A stretch of 64,000 nucleotides of DNA, taken from assembly GCA_027923505.1 (NCBI GenBank), contig BROI01000002.1:1054001-1118000 (forward strand), in the 5' to 3' direction. The notes under the pieces are model-generated. The model saw only the letters and a list, made by a program, of their open reading frames with translations. It made no database searches and had not been told where the DNA came from. This DNA comes from Mayamaea pseudoterrestris. Lineage: Eukaryota. Position 1 is the first letter of the stretch, and each line of letters opens with the position of its first letter. Of this stretch, positions 44,256 to 56,566 are shown piece after piece. Both the position numbers and the translations under genes were made by a program.

Positions 44256-46274
44256 ATGCAGTCCAGATCAAGTATAGCAAGTCAACGACAGCGCACGGCC
44301 CGACGACCAGTACAGATAAAATTACTTGTCGCATGTCTATTTCTACTGGCGGAAAGAGCGACAGCTTTCACCAGTCGCCTCGACCTGGAACGACTTGCTG
44401 ACCGACGAAAAGCTCGGTCGATTCGCGGCTGCTCGACAAAGTCTTCCAACACAGACGCTTCACCTCCGCTACAAGCTACTAGTGCAGATACTGTTTCGCC
44501 TCATCTTTCAGCTGCCGTAGCGTCATTCGTTGCCAAGGTACAACTTGCTTTGGAGGTAACTATCGACAGTCATGTTGCCAGTCAAGAGCGACACGAATCG
44601 TTTGTTTCCCTATCGCTCATTGGCCGATCCAAAAAGGATGTCAAAGAACAAGTTTTAAAGCACCAAGAAGAAGGAGAATCAAGTTTACAGCTACGGGGCA
44701 CTCTACGAACTCTAGATGCGAGATTCATTATAGCAGGAGACTCAACGTTGACGTTGCAAGTCACGTTTAAATATCATCTTGCTACAGACATTGTCAAGAA
44801 TTGGCCACTCGACACTACTGCTCACCGACTACAAGCGATTCTGCTTTTGAAAGACATGGATGACGAACATTTACCGCATGTTTCGAACGAATGGGAGTCG
44901 CTCACTGACGATCAGCCACCGTCTGTTGGAAGCGCGTGGGGCATTCAGTTTGCACTATTGGAAACGAACCAGTGGACTTATCGACAAGAATTTACAAAGC
45001 CTTTCAAGAGCAGCAAGAAGAATGCTACAAGTAAAATGCTTCAGCAAACTACCTTTGTTCAGCAGCAGCATGATCGCGTCAAGCAGGGACCACTGCTAAA
45101 TTTGCTTACTGCTCAACAAGTGGACGGCAACACTCGCTCATACTTGCAATCCCTCGGCTTGGTCGCGCCAGACGGAAAGCCGCGACCAAAGCAAGCCTCC
45201 AAGCTCAAGCAGTGCAACAAAATTGTGGAAATTGTCAGTGGACTCATTGATGAGCATCAGCAGCAGCAGCAACAACAACTGCAACGACGATCAAAACGCG
45301 AAAATGACGAAATGTCACGGCGAACGCAGCGAATATCAATAATTGACATGGGCTGCGGACGAGGCTACTTGACATTTTCATTGCATGACTACTTGACTAC
45401 CAAAATGAGAAAGCAATCTGATTTAAACGCAATAATTGTGCAGACCAAGGGAGTTGATATTCGTCCAAAACTGGTCACGGAGTGCAACAACATTGCGAGG
45501 CAGCTCGGATCCGAGTTTGATGGACTGATGTTTCAACAAGCTACCATAGAAAGCTTTTGTGATGCAGAAAGTGGCAGCGCCTCTGGCCTCAATGTGTTTG
45601 AATGGACGATGCTACATTCACCTACGGTAAGCGATGGCATGGCCAGTGACCCAAACGAAGAGGCCGACAAAACGTCCACTAGCATTCCGTCACAGGATAA
45701 CGATCCGCTCAAGATACTCATGGCTTTGCACGCTTGCGATACCGCTACTGACGACGCACTATGGGCTGGCATTCGTCACGGCGCCGATATAATTGTTGTT
45801 GCACCGTGCTGCCACAAGCAGCTTCGTCCGCAAATCAATCAGCTCGCCCGAAACATTGCCAAACAACATCAATCGATTGAAATGCATCACTTGGCCGACG
45901 TACTCCGACACCCAATCTATCGCGAGCGCATGGCTGAAACAGTGACGGATTCGTTGCGAGCCTTGCTACTGGAACATGCCGGGTATTCGGTTCAAGTATT
46001 TGAGTTTATAGGAGGCGAGCATACGTCCAAAAATTGCATGATCACAGCAGTGCGGCAATCGACGAAACGAAACTCGTATGCGAATAACGAATGGCTTTCG
46101 GAAAGTAAAAGGGCAAATGCTTCGAGTAATCGCATACAGCAGCTAGCCTCCTTTCATGGCGTCGCTGCGCATAAATTGGCCGAGCACATGGGCATGCCTC
46201 TTGGCGATGCCGCGGAAAAGAACATTGTTTCGGCGGCTCCTTTATCTGCTCGAAACATGCCTCCAATGAAATGA
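44256..46274 (+). CDS. SAM-dependent methyltransferase (bacterial-type, Methyltransf_32-like), probably plastid targeted
   Basis: HDRVK, KLKQCNKIVEI, IDMGCGRGYLTF, GVDIRPKLV, MALHACDTATDDAL, APCCHKQL, TDSLRALLLE, EFIGGEHTSKN. Leader LLVACLFLLAERATA-FT is ASAFAP-like. Confidence 0.85.
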   Translation: MQSRSSIASQRQRTARRPVQIKLLVACLFLLAERATAFTSRLDLERLADRRKARSIRGCSTKSSNTDASPPLQATSADTVSPHLSAAVASFVAKVQLALEVTIDSHVASQERHESFVSLSLIGRSKKDVKEQVLKHQEEGESSLQLRGTLRTLDARFIIAGDSTLTLQVTFKYHLATDIVKNWPLDTTAHRLQAILLLKDMDDEHLPHVSNEWESLTDDQPPSVGSAWGIQFALLETNQWTYRQEFTKPFKSSKKNATSKMLQQTTFVQQQHDRVKQGPLLNLLTAQQVDGNTRSYLQSLGLVAPDGKPRPKQASKLKQCNKIVEIVSGLIDEHQQQQQQQLQRRSKRENDEMSRRTQRISIIDMGCGRGYLTFSLHDYLTTKMRKQSDLNAIIVQTKGVDIRPKLVTECNNIARQLGSEFDGLMFQQATIESFCDAESGSASGLNVFEWTMLHSPTVSDGMASDPNEEADKTSTSIPSQDNDPLKILMALHACDTATDDALWAGIRHGADIIVVAPCCHKQLRPQINQLARNIAKQHQSIEMHHLADVLRHPIYRERMAETVTDSLRALLLEHAGYSVQVFEFIGGEHTSKNCMITAVRQSTKRNSYANNEWLSESKRANASSNRIQQLASFHGVAAHKLAEHMGMPLGDAAEKNIVSAAPLSARNMPPMK

Positions 46275-47392
46275 CGCATAAACAAGCTCTGACGTTGGAG
46301 TCGGGTTGAACCTTTGGACTGCCTTTGTTTTCTTTTAAACCTGCGCATTCGCCAATCCATCGTCGCACTGCTGCTTGCTAGTACGAGCTGACTCTGACAA
46401 GACCGCGATTCATTGCTTCGAGTCCGTTGGTCACCACTTGCAGTAGCTGCGACCGCCAAGCTCCGTCGCGTTTGACACTGCATCTGAATGACTTGCTTGG
46501 GTGTGCTCTCAATGGTGTAAATGCATTGACAGGAACAGCCGAGAGACGGCGGGAAGCTACACTATGTGATTAACTAAAGCATTAGTAGGTCCTTGTCGAC
46601 ACGCTTTTGCTTCATCCTTTAGTGCGCAGCAGCAGTGTCTTAGATATTATCCTCGCGAAATCAGCTAAATGCTCACGAAAGTAATTCTTGAATGCTGCTT
46701 GGATAGCTAAATAATGTCGCGCCAACTTGTCGATCCTGAACGTCCCATCGGTACTACCGGAAGTGGGAGGCAAGCGCGTCGATGGGATTCGTGACACGAA
46801 ACTTCCGCGTCCAGGCTATTCATGGGCGTTTCTAAAGTTACTCCGAAGAACAACTTACTGCGATTAAACGGACGCTTGAGAGCAAGCAATCGCAGCTTCC
46901 CAAACGATCAAGGTCGAGCAGCTGCTGTCACGCGCAACAAGACGACCCACTCATTTTCGACAGCTTCCAGCATTTACAATTACACTTGATCGTGTACAAA
47001 GCAAAGACTTTAGAGGTAAGACGATGATGAGAGAGAAGAGTGACATTGGAGCGATGATTGAGGCGATGAGACTCGACTGTCGTTGAGCAGCAAGCAGCAG
47101 CAGATGGATCTTGTTGCAATGGAACGCACCGCCATGACGATTTGCTTCCGCGCCATGCGACTATATGTTAATGAGAAGGTGCTTGCATGACATACATGCA
47201 TGGATAAGCAGTGTGACCGGATGAACAAGGAGGCTCGTTCATGGTCATAAGTGATTGACGGAACGCTTCCGCCAAAGCGACGAGGGACCAAGGGCGAATG
47301 GCTCGTTACATCCTGTTCCATCTGCTTTTTCTCTTCCTAGCTGACATTTGCATCTTGTCTTATCCTGTCATACAGAATAAACATTAAGAATC

Positions 47393-49868
47393 ATGTTGAC
47401 ATCCTCCTCCTCCAAGACTGCCACTCGTCGCAGCCTGCTTTTGGCTCGCCAAGTCCAGCAGCAACACTCCAGCAGTCAGCGCCGCACCTTTTTGGGAATT
47501 TCCAAGGCGGTCGACAAGCGCTTTTATCGCATGGCCAAGTCGGTCATGCCGGCCATTTCTGCTACCGAAAGTATTGCATTGGCCTCTGGAACCATTGGCT
47601 TCGATCGAGACATTTTCACTGGCTCTCCGTCACTCAAGCATTTGGTGTCGACCTATCAGCCGAAGTTGACTCAAGCCGAGCAAGACTTTATCAATACGGA
47701 AGTCAATGAGCTTTGTCGCTTGATCAATGACCATGAGACTGTTACCAATCGCGATTTCAGCAAGGCGGCATGGGACTACATGCGTGACGCTCGCTTCTTT
47801 GGACTCAAGATTCCTGTCGAGTGGGGCGGCAGAGGCTTTTCCACCCAAGCCGTGTCGCAAATTCTTGCCAAGCTTGGTACACACTGCATGGACGCCAATG
47901 CGACTGTTGCTGTTCCAAACTCACTTGGACCGGGAGAATTGTTGGCGCGATATGGAACGCCAGAACAAAAGGAATACTTTTTGCCAAGACTGGCCGATGG
48001 AACACTCATTCCATGCTTTGGATTGACCGGACCGCACTCGGGATCGGATGCCACGAGCTTGATTGGCAGTTATGGAACTGTGGAGGAACGCAATGGCGAA
48101 CTTGGAGTTGTTGCCTCCTTCAAGAAGCGATACATTACCCTAGCGCCAGTGGCTGGCGTTGTTGGACTTGGATTGAACTTGAAGGATCCGCATGGCTTGC
48201 TCAAGGGCACTGGCATGGAAGGATTCTCCGTGGCACTGCTGGAGCGAGACCATCCAGGTCTTCGCATGGGTCCTCGTCACAATCCATTGGCGGCTGCCTT
48301 TATGAACGGTACTGTCGAAGGTGACGATGTATGGATTCCCATGAGCATGATTCTTGGTGGACAGGAAAAGTGCGGCTTCGGATGGAACATGTTCGTCGAG
48401 TGCTTGGCGGAAGGAAGAGGTGTTTCGCTTCCAGCTGGGTCGGTCGGAGCTGGACGGGCCGTTGTCAGTGCGGTTGGGGCCTATGCACGCGTCCGCAAGC
48501 AATTTCGTGTTCCCATTGCCGAGTTTGGAGGCATTCAGGAAGGTACGTTATTGTTTGTGTTGTGTATTTTGGTTTTCGTTTGCGTGTGGATTAGCCTTGC
48601 TCATGTGTTGCGTTTTCTTGGTTTCGACAGCACTCGCACTCGCTGGCAGTGACTCACTCATTTGCGTCGCTGGAACGGATCTTATGAACGCCATTGTCGA
48701 TAACCACGAGGCGCCCATGGTTATTTCGTCCGTCATGAAGCAGAATTGTACTGAGCGTGGCCGTCGCATTATGGAGCGAGGCATGGACATTGCCGCTGGT
48801 TCGGCCATTTGCCGCGGTGACAAGAATTATTTGGCAGCCGGATACATGAGCATGCCCATTGGTATCACTGTCGAAGGGGCAAACATTATGACGCGATCCT
48901 TTCAAATTATCGGACAAGGCTTGACGCGTTGCCACCCACACATGCTCGAGTTGATTCAATCTCTCCAGCTTCCAAAGGGCGAGGAGGACAAGGGAACGGA
49001 GATTTTCGTCAAGCAGTTTTACAAGGTGGTCGGGCATGGATTGACAAACTTTGGACATTCCATCACTCGGGGTCTTGGTGCAACCTTTTCGACCATGTTC
49101 CGGTCCAAGAATGCGTACAAGAACGGTGATAAGCTACTTGACTACCACGAAAAGCAGCTTCTTCGACTCAGTGCCAACTTTGCCTTGACGGCGGATCTTT
49201 GCTTTTCGCTTGGTGGTCGCTTGAAGTTTGAGGAGCTTTTAATGGGTCGCTTGTCGGATGCCCTTGGTGCCATCTTCCTTGGATACGCGACGCTTCACCA
49301 CTACTCACGCAAGCGCGGCATTGAAGGTCTTGAAGCGTTTACCGAGCATGCCATGCTTCGTCTCGAGACTGAAGCACAAAAAGCTCTCAAGGATGCGTCG
49401 GACAACTTTCCAGGTGCCCTTGGCCCTGTTGCCAGTACGGTAATGAAGTTGGGATGCTTTCCGCTCGGCAACTTGACCCGTCCCTACTCGGAGCCCCATG
49501 ATAATTTGACAAAGGAAGTATCCCGTCAGATTACAAATCCGTCGGCCATGCGCGACTTTTTTAGCGAGGGCGTCTACATGGCCCCTGAAGGAACAGTGCA
49601 CCAAATTTCCGACTTGGTCCGCGCCTTGCCCATTTGCGTCGAAGCGGACAAGATTGCTTCCAGCCTGCGCACGAGCAAGCGCGAACCAACGGCCGAGGAG
49701 GCGGAAAAGCTTGCCCGCGCCGAGGCGTTGCGCGACGTGTTGATCCAGGTGGACGTCTTTGATCACTTGACGGATGCCGAGGGCGCCAAAGATTATGTTC
49801 GCCCGGCACTTCTTGGGACAGAGGAGCGAATGGCTTCCTTGGAGCGCAAGAGCTTTGCCGCCGCGTAA
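47393..49868 (+). CDS. Long FadE-type acyl-CoA dehydrogenase, mitochondrial presequence
   Basis: VPNSLGPGELL, LPRLADGTLIPCFGLTGPHSGSDA, KRYITLAPVA, ECLAEGRGVSLP, ARVRKQFRVPIAEFGGIQE, PIGITVEGANIMTRS, IQVDVF. Intron 48543-48630. Confidence 0.92.
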
Positions 49869-50373
49869 AATTGGACGTAACGCAATGCATATAATTTAGT
49901 AGTTAACACGCAAGTACGGTACTTTACCTGTTGAGTTTTATACCAGAGTGTCTGCCGGTAGGTCCGATCAGCGTGTGTCGTCAATATTAGTTATACATAG
50001 AAAGGTACCTACCGGTACCGGTGCACGAAACCAAAACTATGTCCAGTTGACCGATGCTGCGCAAGACGAGGATCATCAGGACGCTTCAAATGATCACCAA
50101 TTGTGTATTTGCTTGATACTTCAGCAACTACATCATTGCACAAAGGTTCAGTACAAGCCAAGACTTGTGTCGACAACGTACAAGTAGTAGTCAGCAACAT
50201 ATAACGCTACGGCTTGTGTCTTGCTGCATTTGCCCATTTAAAAAGTGCACTGAACAGCATATTCTTTGAAATGAGTTGGGCTTTATCAAACTCGTAACAA
50301 AACATTCATAAACGTACGCTACGAAATCCATGTTGGTGCTACGAAGAATATCGTCATTAATGAACTACAGTAT

Positions 50374-51463
50374 TTACAGAGCCTTCATGCCCATGAACCC
50401 ACGCAATTGCTCAAAAATGACAAGTTGGAGTGTAGTCGTTGGCGCGAATCGACTCCAGATTGGCATAAAGCCGCGCCAGAAGGTCAGAGGACCTTCCTGT
50501 CGAATGATCTTCATGGCACAATCAACAGCGTTGTTGTAAATCTTGGCGTCCACTGGCTGGTTCATGAGTCGCGTACGAATCATGTCAAAGGGTGCGACGG
50601 TGCACGTCATGAAAAAGCCTGCCGTCACGGCCGAAAGAAACTGCGTAATCAACGAGCTCTTGTGTAATCCCGTCAGTTCGACCACGTAGCCTTTGGACTG
50701 ATCGTAAACTCCCATCTTTGTTCCGTTCAGCACCATGGCGCGCATAATGTTCGAGTCAATTCCGCGGTAAAATCCGCCAATGCCTTGGCCCCGGAATAGG
50801 TCGCGGCCAGTCTTCATAATGGAAGGCGTCTCGCGACCCCTAGACACCATCATTTGTGTCTTCAAAACATCAAAAGGATTTCCAGCGAGCGATCCAATTG
50901 CTCCAGCGGCACTACCCGCAAGAAATTTTTTGGCAAAGGTGGCATCCGATCCAGTTGCACCAAAGACAATCTTGATGGGCTCGTACAAACCGAGGCGCAA
51001 CGATGTGTACGATGCCTCTCGCAGCCAAGCTGCATTGACTCCCTTCCATAGCGATGTCATGCCTTCATCGCTGACAATTTTGCCGACCGTTCCAAACATG
51101 CCAAGCGATGAGTATTCCGATGAGATTTGAATGCGAGTCTGAAGAAAGAGCGAGAAGATTCGCGCCATGAGATTCTGTTTCACTCGTCAAGCGAAAGACA
51201 CTGCTATCGACGGCGCCCATCACACCGCCAAGTGAAACTTACTTTTACAACATCGATGGGATGAATGAAGGTGACTGTAATGACGGCGGCTGCGAAAAAG
51301 GAGCGAAAAGAATAGTAGAGGTACGTGTGTAAATGTGTGAGTATTAGAATTGCTTCTCAGACATGACCATCACTCCTTCATTCACTGCAAATTCCTTACC
51401 TGAACCTGCCATTCCAACCTGCGTGAGGAGTGAAGGAGCGGCTGCTGCTGGCGACGATGCCAT
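50374..51463 (-). CDS. Mitochondrial carrier (SLC25), oxoglutarate/dicarboxylate/UCP subgroup
   Basis: Three PX[DE]XX[KR] motifs (HPIDVVKTR, NPFDVLKTQ, APFDMIRTR), REASYTSLRLGLYEPIK, RAMVLN. Introns 51399-51290 and 51242-51139. Confidence 0.92.
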
Positions 51464-52015
51464 GATTGTTTGCTTGGTGTACGAGTTCATGGTGCAATGC
51501 AGTGCGGTTCGTCGTCGTTCAGCGCGATTGTGGAGATTCCGTCTCGTGGTCCTCGAACAACCAACAACCGATGGAAGCAACGGCTGATGGAAGGCATGAC
51601 GATAGACAGCCAAGCATCGTGTCGTTGGCTGACCAATTGCCACATCGTCGTCGTGGCCAACGTCATCGAAATCTCGCCAACGAACACAATGCTTGGGCGC
51701 GTACGTCACCCTCAATGGCGCGGCACTTCCGGAACGCGAAGGAAGCAAAGGCCTGACGAGTCCAGCTGGGCTTGAAAAGGCCTTTACTGTCAGTATTCAC
51801 TCTTGTCTCGGCTGGACCGGTATTAACTTAACTGTAAATAAATAATATGTTTTCATGGAGGAAGTTGATGAGAGCTGTCTTGGCGGCTGTGATCACTATC
51901 ATAGTATGTTAATCAAACAAGACGACAGGTGAAACCAGCAGTCTACGTTTAGTCAGTATCAAAGTCATTGATTCTGTCCCTCTCGTACTCATCGTAGTTG
52001 CCTCGCTCCTTAAAC

Positions 52016-53272
52016 TCACGCAATTTCATTCACCATGTCGGACAAGACTTGTTCCATGGCTTGTTTAACCTGCTCGTCACTGACTTTACCGTCGCCATGT
52101 GCATCATCACCCGTCGTCGCGGTTGTCGTCTTGAGCAACTGGTAGGCTTCACCAAAGACTCGTTGCGCCGCTCGTCGCTGTCCAATCAACGACGCGTCAC
52201 TCAAGACTAGTTCGAACCGATGCATCGTCGGAACGTAGTTGACTGTAGGCGCTCTTCCTTCCAGCAAAACAACAACACCCTGCGCGGCCAAGACTTGTAG
52301 AGCCTTGGCGCAAATGAGAATGACTTCACCTTGAGTCGCTTCCGCAACGGTTGGAATGTTTTGTGAAACGACGGGGCTCTTCAAAAGCGTGTTTTGAATC
52401 TCGCTGACGCGGCCGACGTTTCGAATAAGAATGTCGAACGGTGTATTTGGTGTCGTATCTTCACCATTGCTCTTTGTCGTAATAGAAATTTGTTCCATGA
52501 ACACTGTCAACTGCTCCTTGGTCAAAACATCAGCGAGAGGAATCTTTTGCTCCTCGGCATAGCTAGTTGCAAGTAGCGTTAGCGCCCGAAAGACATTGCC
52601 GTTGCTCCAAGTGACAACCGACTGCCGCTGGTGCGAAAGCTTGTCCACCAACTGAGCGACGGTCGTTCCTTTGCCAGTACCTGAGCGACCGACAATGACA
52701 ATGACGTATCCAGAGCTCGTTCCATCGGATGCCGTACTGCCATGATGATTCTCGTTGTTCGTAGCTTGAACATGATCCAGTATGAGGTTCGCTACTTGCT
52801 CGGGCGTCTTGCCCAAAACGTCAATGGCAACGTATGGCGCAGGCACCAGATTTGCATCAATGACTCCCTTGGCTCTTGCAATATTGATTCCAGCTTGAAG
52901 CTTTTCGTCGTCTTCATTGTCGCGCGACTCCGTCAGAGCGCCTTCAAACTGAGCGAGTTTGATAAAGTCGGGGTTTTGTTGGAAGCTTTGAATGACAGCC
53001 GAGGATGTTTCGGCATTTTGAAGTGAGAGGAGCGCGAAGGAAACGGTTCCTTTTGCGGCCTCACTAGAATTTAAATTCGACATGCCTTTGTAAATTGGAT
53101 AATGAGTCAAATGATATACAGGTCGTAGGCCCTTGGTGGCTTGAGGACAGACTCGTCGAAGCGAGGACGAGTGGCTCATGGTCCTGGTGCAAATTGACCG
53201 ACGAGTAGTGCGAATAACGCTACGACCCATTTCTTCAGCCATCGATTCAACGCGATGGAGGAGACGCACCAT
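52016..53272 (-). CDS. Cytidylate-kinase-like P-loop NMP kinase, apparently circularly permuted; Arg/Ser-rich presequence
   Basis: VIVIVGRSGTGKGT, SNGNVFRALTL, VLLEGR and GQRRAAQR follow Cmk motif order, but the Cmk C-terminal motifs appear N-terminal to the P-loop. Confidence 0.78.
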   Translation of the reverse strand: MVRLLHRVESMAEEMGRSVIRTTRRSICTRTMSHSSSLRRVCPQATKGLRPVYHLTHYPIYKGMSNLNSSEAAKGTVSFALLSLQNAETSSAVIQSFQQNPDFIKLAQFEGALTESRDNEDDEKLQAGINIARAKGVIDANLVPAPYVAIDVLGKTPEQVANLILDHVQATNNENHHGSTASDGTSSGYVIVIVGRSGTGKGTTVAQLVDKLSHQRQSVVTWSNGNVFRALTLLATSYAEEQKIPLADVLTKEQLTVFMEQISITTKSNGEDTTPNTPFDILIRNVGRVSEIQNTLLKSPVVSQNIPTVAEATQGEVILICAKALQVLAAQGVVVLLEGRAPTVNYVPTMHRFELVLSDASLIGQRRAAQRVFGEAYQLLKTTTATTGDDAHGDGKVSDEQVKQAMEQVLSDMVNEIA

Positions 53273-53382
53273 GGAGATTGGAGTAATTCTTTGACGTTCA
53301 GCTATCGACAGTTTGAATCATTCGTTCAAAGAATTGATTATCTGAAAGCATAGTAACTTGTTCAAGCAGTTCACATTGAATC

Positions 53383-54692
53383 ATGACAACTTGCGCGTCA
53401 CCGTCCTGCACAAACACGACGGTCGCCAAGCTGGCTTGTCCAAAATGCATTCAACTTGGATTGCCACCAACATTCTTTTGCTCGCAAGATTGCTTCAAGG
53501 CCAACTACAACGTTCACAAGCAGATTCATGCATTGGCCAAGACAATTAAAAATAGTTCCGGCGACGATGGAATCACGGCTCCGCTCGACGCGCCACTCGA
53601 ACAAAAACTGGCTCCTCCAGAGTGGGCACATAATTACTCCTTCACTGGAGACTTGCGACCGACTCGATTGTCGCCTCGCCGGGCTGTTCCAGCCAGTATT
53701 CGAAAACCAGATTACGCATCTGATTCAACTGGCCGCAGTGAGTCGGAGGAACGGGACAAGCGGAGTGGAGCCTTTATTCCGGTTTATACGCCGGACGAAC
53801 TAGACGCCGAGCTTGGATTGCGACAAGTCAATCGCATGGGACGACAAGTACTGGATCTTGCGGGAAGAGCATTGAAACCTGGCGTCACGACGGATGAGAT
53901 TGACCGCATTGTTCACGAGGCATGCTTGGAACGAGACTGCTACCCGTCGCCTTTGAACTACTACAACTTTCCCAAGAGCTTGTGCATTAGTGTGAACGAA
54001 GTCATTTGTCATGGCATCCCTGACTATAGAGAGATTAAAGATGGAGGTCAGTTGGTCTTGTTTGCGAGGGACGGCGGAAGTGATACTTGAGGATGCGCGA
54101 CTCTTGCGTTCCATGCAACCGTTTTACACTTCACACTCACTCTTTCCATACCTTTACAGACATTGTCAATTTAGACATTTCCGTCTACAATCGCGGCGGA
54201 TTTCATTCCGATTTGAACGAAACATACATGGTGGGATCCGTTGACGAGGATGGCAAGCGGCTCGTCAAGACTGCCTTTGACTGCCTGGCAGCCGCCATGC
54301 ATCTCGTCAAGCCCGGCACCTTGTATCGCGACTTGGGCACGGTCATTGAGCGAACTGCCAAGTCCAACCAATGCTCCGTCGTCAGAACATACTGCGGACA
54401 TGGCATTGGTTCGCTCTTTCACACGACACCAAACATTCCGCACTATGCCAAGAACAAGGCCAAGGGCACCATGAAGGCTGGCCACATTTTCACAATTGAG
54501 CCAATGATTAACCTTGGCAGTCATGTTGATCGAACGTGGGATGACAACTGGACGAGCGTCACCAAGGATGGTCAACGTTCGGCGCAGTTTGAGCATACCA
54601 TTCTCGTGACGGACAGTGGCTACGATATATTAACGCAACGAGAAAATGAACCAATCATGATGTGGAACGAGGAGTTGAATACTAGATTTTAG
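53383..54692 (+). CDS. MAP1: Methionine aminopeptidase 1 (type I with N-terminal zinc finger)
   Basis: CASPSC...LACPKC...FCSQDCFK zinc finger, [55 protein letters not shown]. Intron 54047-54159. Confidence 0.95.
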
Positions 54693-55262
54693 TTGTTGCC
54701 ATTCCTTGATCTTGTATATAGATACGTTTTGCTCCAAATGGACAGCAAGTATTGACGACAATATCGCATATCTTCATTTGCTATGTACGCATACGTCCCC
54801 ACCTCGTGATACTCGCGAATTTTGTTGATTGAAAGTATTTGCTCGGGCGGAGTAGTATCATCCAAAAAAGACATTTCTTTCAACATAGTGCATTGCTTGA
54901 ATACGCGTCGGCGTTGCTACTATCCTTACGTCTGCAACTATAACGGTAAACATGGTGGAGCACTAATCACGTTTGCCAAGGCGCTCTTCGTTCTTCCAAA
55001 CGTACACCACCATGTATAATGATTAGCTGAGAAGGTAGCAGCACAACTGCTACCGGTATACACAACTCTACACGAGGCGACGACTTGTGATACGTGAAAA
55101 GATATGACAATAATAAAAATACTGAAACTAATGTAATCGCTTTATCAGGTGCTACGCGCTGACAATTGTCAACTAAGGCCATGATTCAAAGCACACCCAT
55201 CCACTCGCCTTGCCGAGTTCATCAAGCCGTTCTGCAAACTCCTGTTCACCAACGCAAGTTAT

Positions 55263-56566
55263 TCACAAGCTTTGAAGGTATTCACTGCAAAGAGCTTCAG
55301 TCGCTGTAATGCGGTGGATTGGATTCGTACAACATGGATGCAAGTAGATCCGAGGCATCCAGCGCAAGAGCGCCCCAAAACTCCAAATCATTTGCCATTT
55401 CCTCTGCATCTTGCTTAGAGCCACCCAACAAAAGGTATAAGCACACCCCGACGCTCCACATATCACACTCGACGTCATATGCCGGTTCCTCCACTTGGAC
55501 CTCTAGCGCGTTGCACAAATGAAGGTTACAAGATGTAGTAAGCCCGTTCGGACAAGGCACTAGTTTGGCAGAAGAGAGATCAACAATCTTGACGGTTACA
55601 TCCGTTCCTCGGTGGAGCAAAAGTGTTTCTGGGCATAGGTTGCAAAGAGCAACCCGTCGATTGTGACAGTGCTCGACAGCTTTCAAAACGCAGCTCAGGA
55701 TCTTGCGAACGTCATCGCTACCGATGCTGCCTTCATGGATGCTGTGAGATAGAAAGCCACCAGATAGGCGCTCCACAACAAAGCCCATACGAGTGTCCAG
55801 GACACCTGCCAGCTTGATAATACCAATTCCACCGGACAGTAGACGAAGCACATTGAGTTCAGCTTCGAAGTCGCTTGCTTTCGAAAAAACCTTGGCCGAT
55901 AATGTATCTTGCCCGCTCGTATAATCGTACCAGGCAAAATCATTAGACGCGGAGAGCATATTGTCAATACCTTTGGAAGGCAATGCAGTTTTGCCAGCAT
56001 CATCATCGCTCGTGCACTTCATCCATGCGCACCCCAAGGCATCGGAAGCAGAAAAACGATGCTCGGCGGATGTGTTCAAAAGACCTTGAATCAAAGGGTG
56101 CGGCCCATATTTTTTGGGGTTTTCCATCGGTTGCATTTTCTTGTTCTTGATCAAGTTGAACGATTTCGAATAGTCATCGTCGTCTGGTTGTGTTGGAAAA
56201 GGAAAGTCTGCGGTCTCCAACGTATACACGAGGACACCAAAGCTCCACACGTCAACGCGATGGTTATATGCGGCGACTTTTAAAAGCAGTTCAGGAGCTA
56301 AATATTGGGGAGTCCTGAGGCGAGTCGTAAAGTATCCAGGCTTGTCTGGTAATTTCTTGGCAAGTCCGAAATCGGCAATTTTGACGTGCATTGTACCACC
56401 ATTGCCGTAAGTCACGAGAATCTGTGCAAAAGCCAAGAGTTAGATCATTATTCAATATCGAGACAGGTCTCACTTGTCGTCGTCATTCTACTTACATTGC
56501 AACCTTGATGTCTCGATGAGCAATCTTCTTCTCCTCGTGTAGGAACAACAGACCCAGCAGTAGCTG
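55263..56566 (-). pseudogene. Disrupted tandem-domain CaMK/MLCK-like protein kinase
   Basis: QLLLGLLFLHEEKKIAHRDIK exon is out of phase with the KIADFGLAK..YLAPE..DVWSFG exon. The second domain is degenerate (ALCNLCPETL, DLS). The C-terminal TNPIHRITATEALCSEYL lies in another frame (shift near 55330). No N-lobe or start was found. Confidence 0.72.

Noticed and set aside
45255..45285. CAG/CAA and similar trinucleotide runs (also near 10570, 16310, 25830 and 58470)
   Set aside because: Ordinary microsatellites or poly-Gln/Asn tracts.
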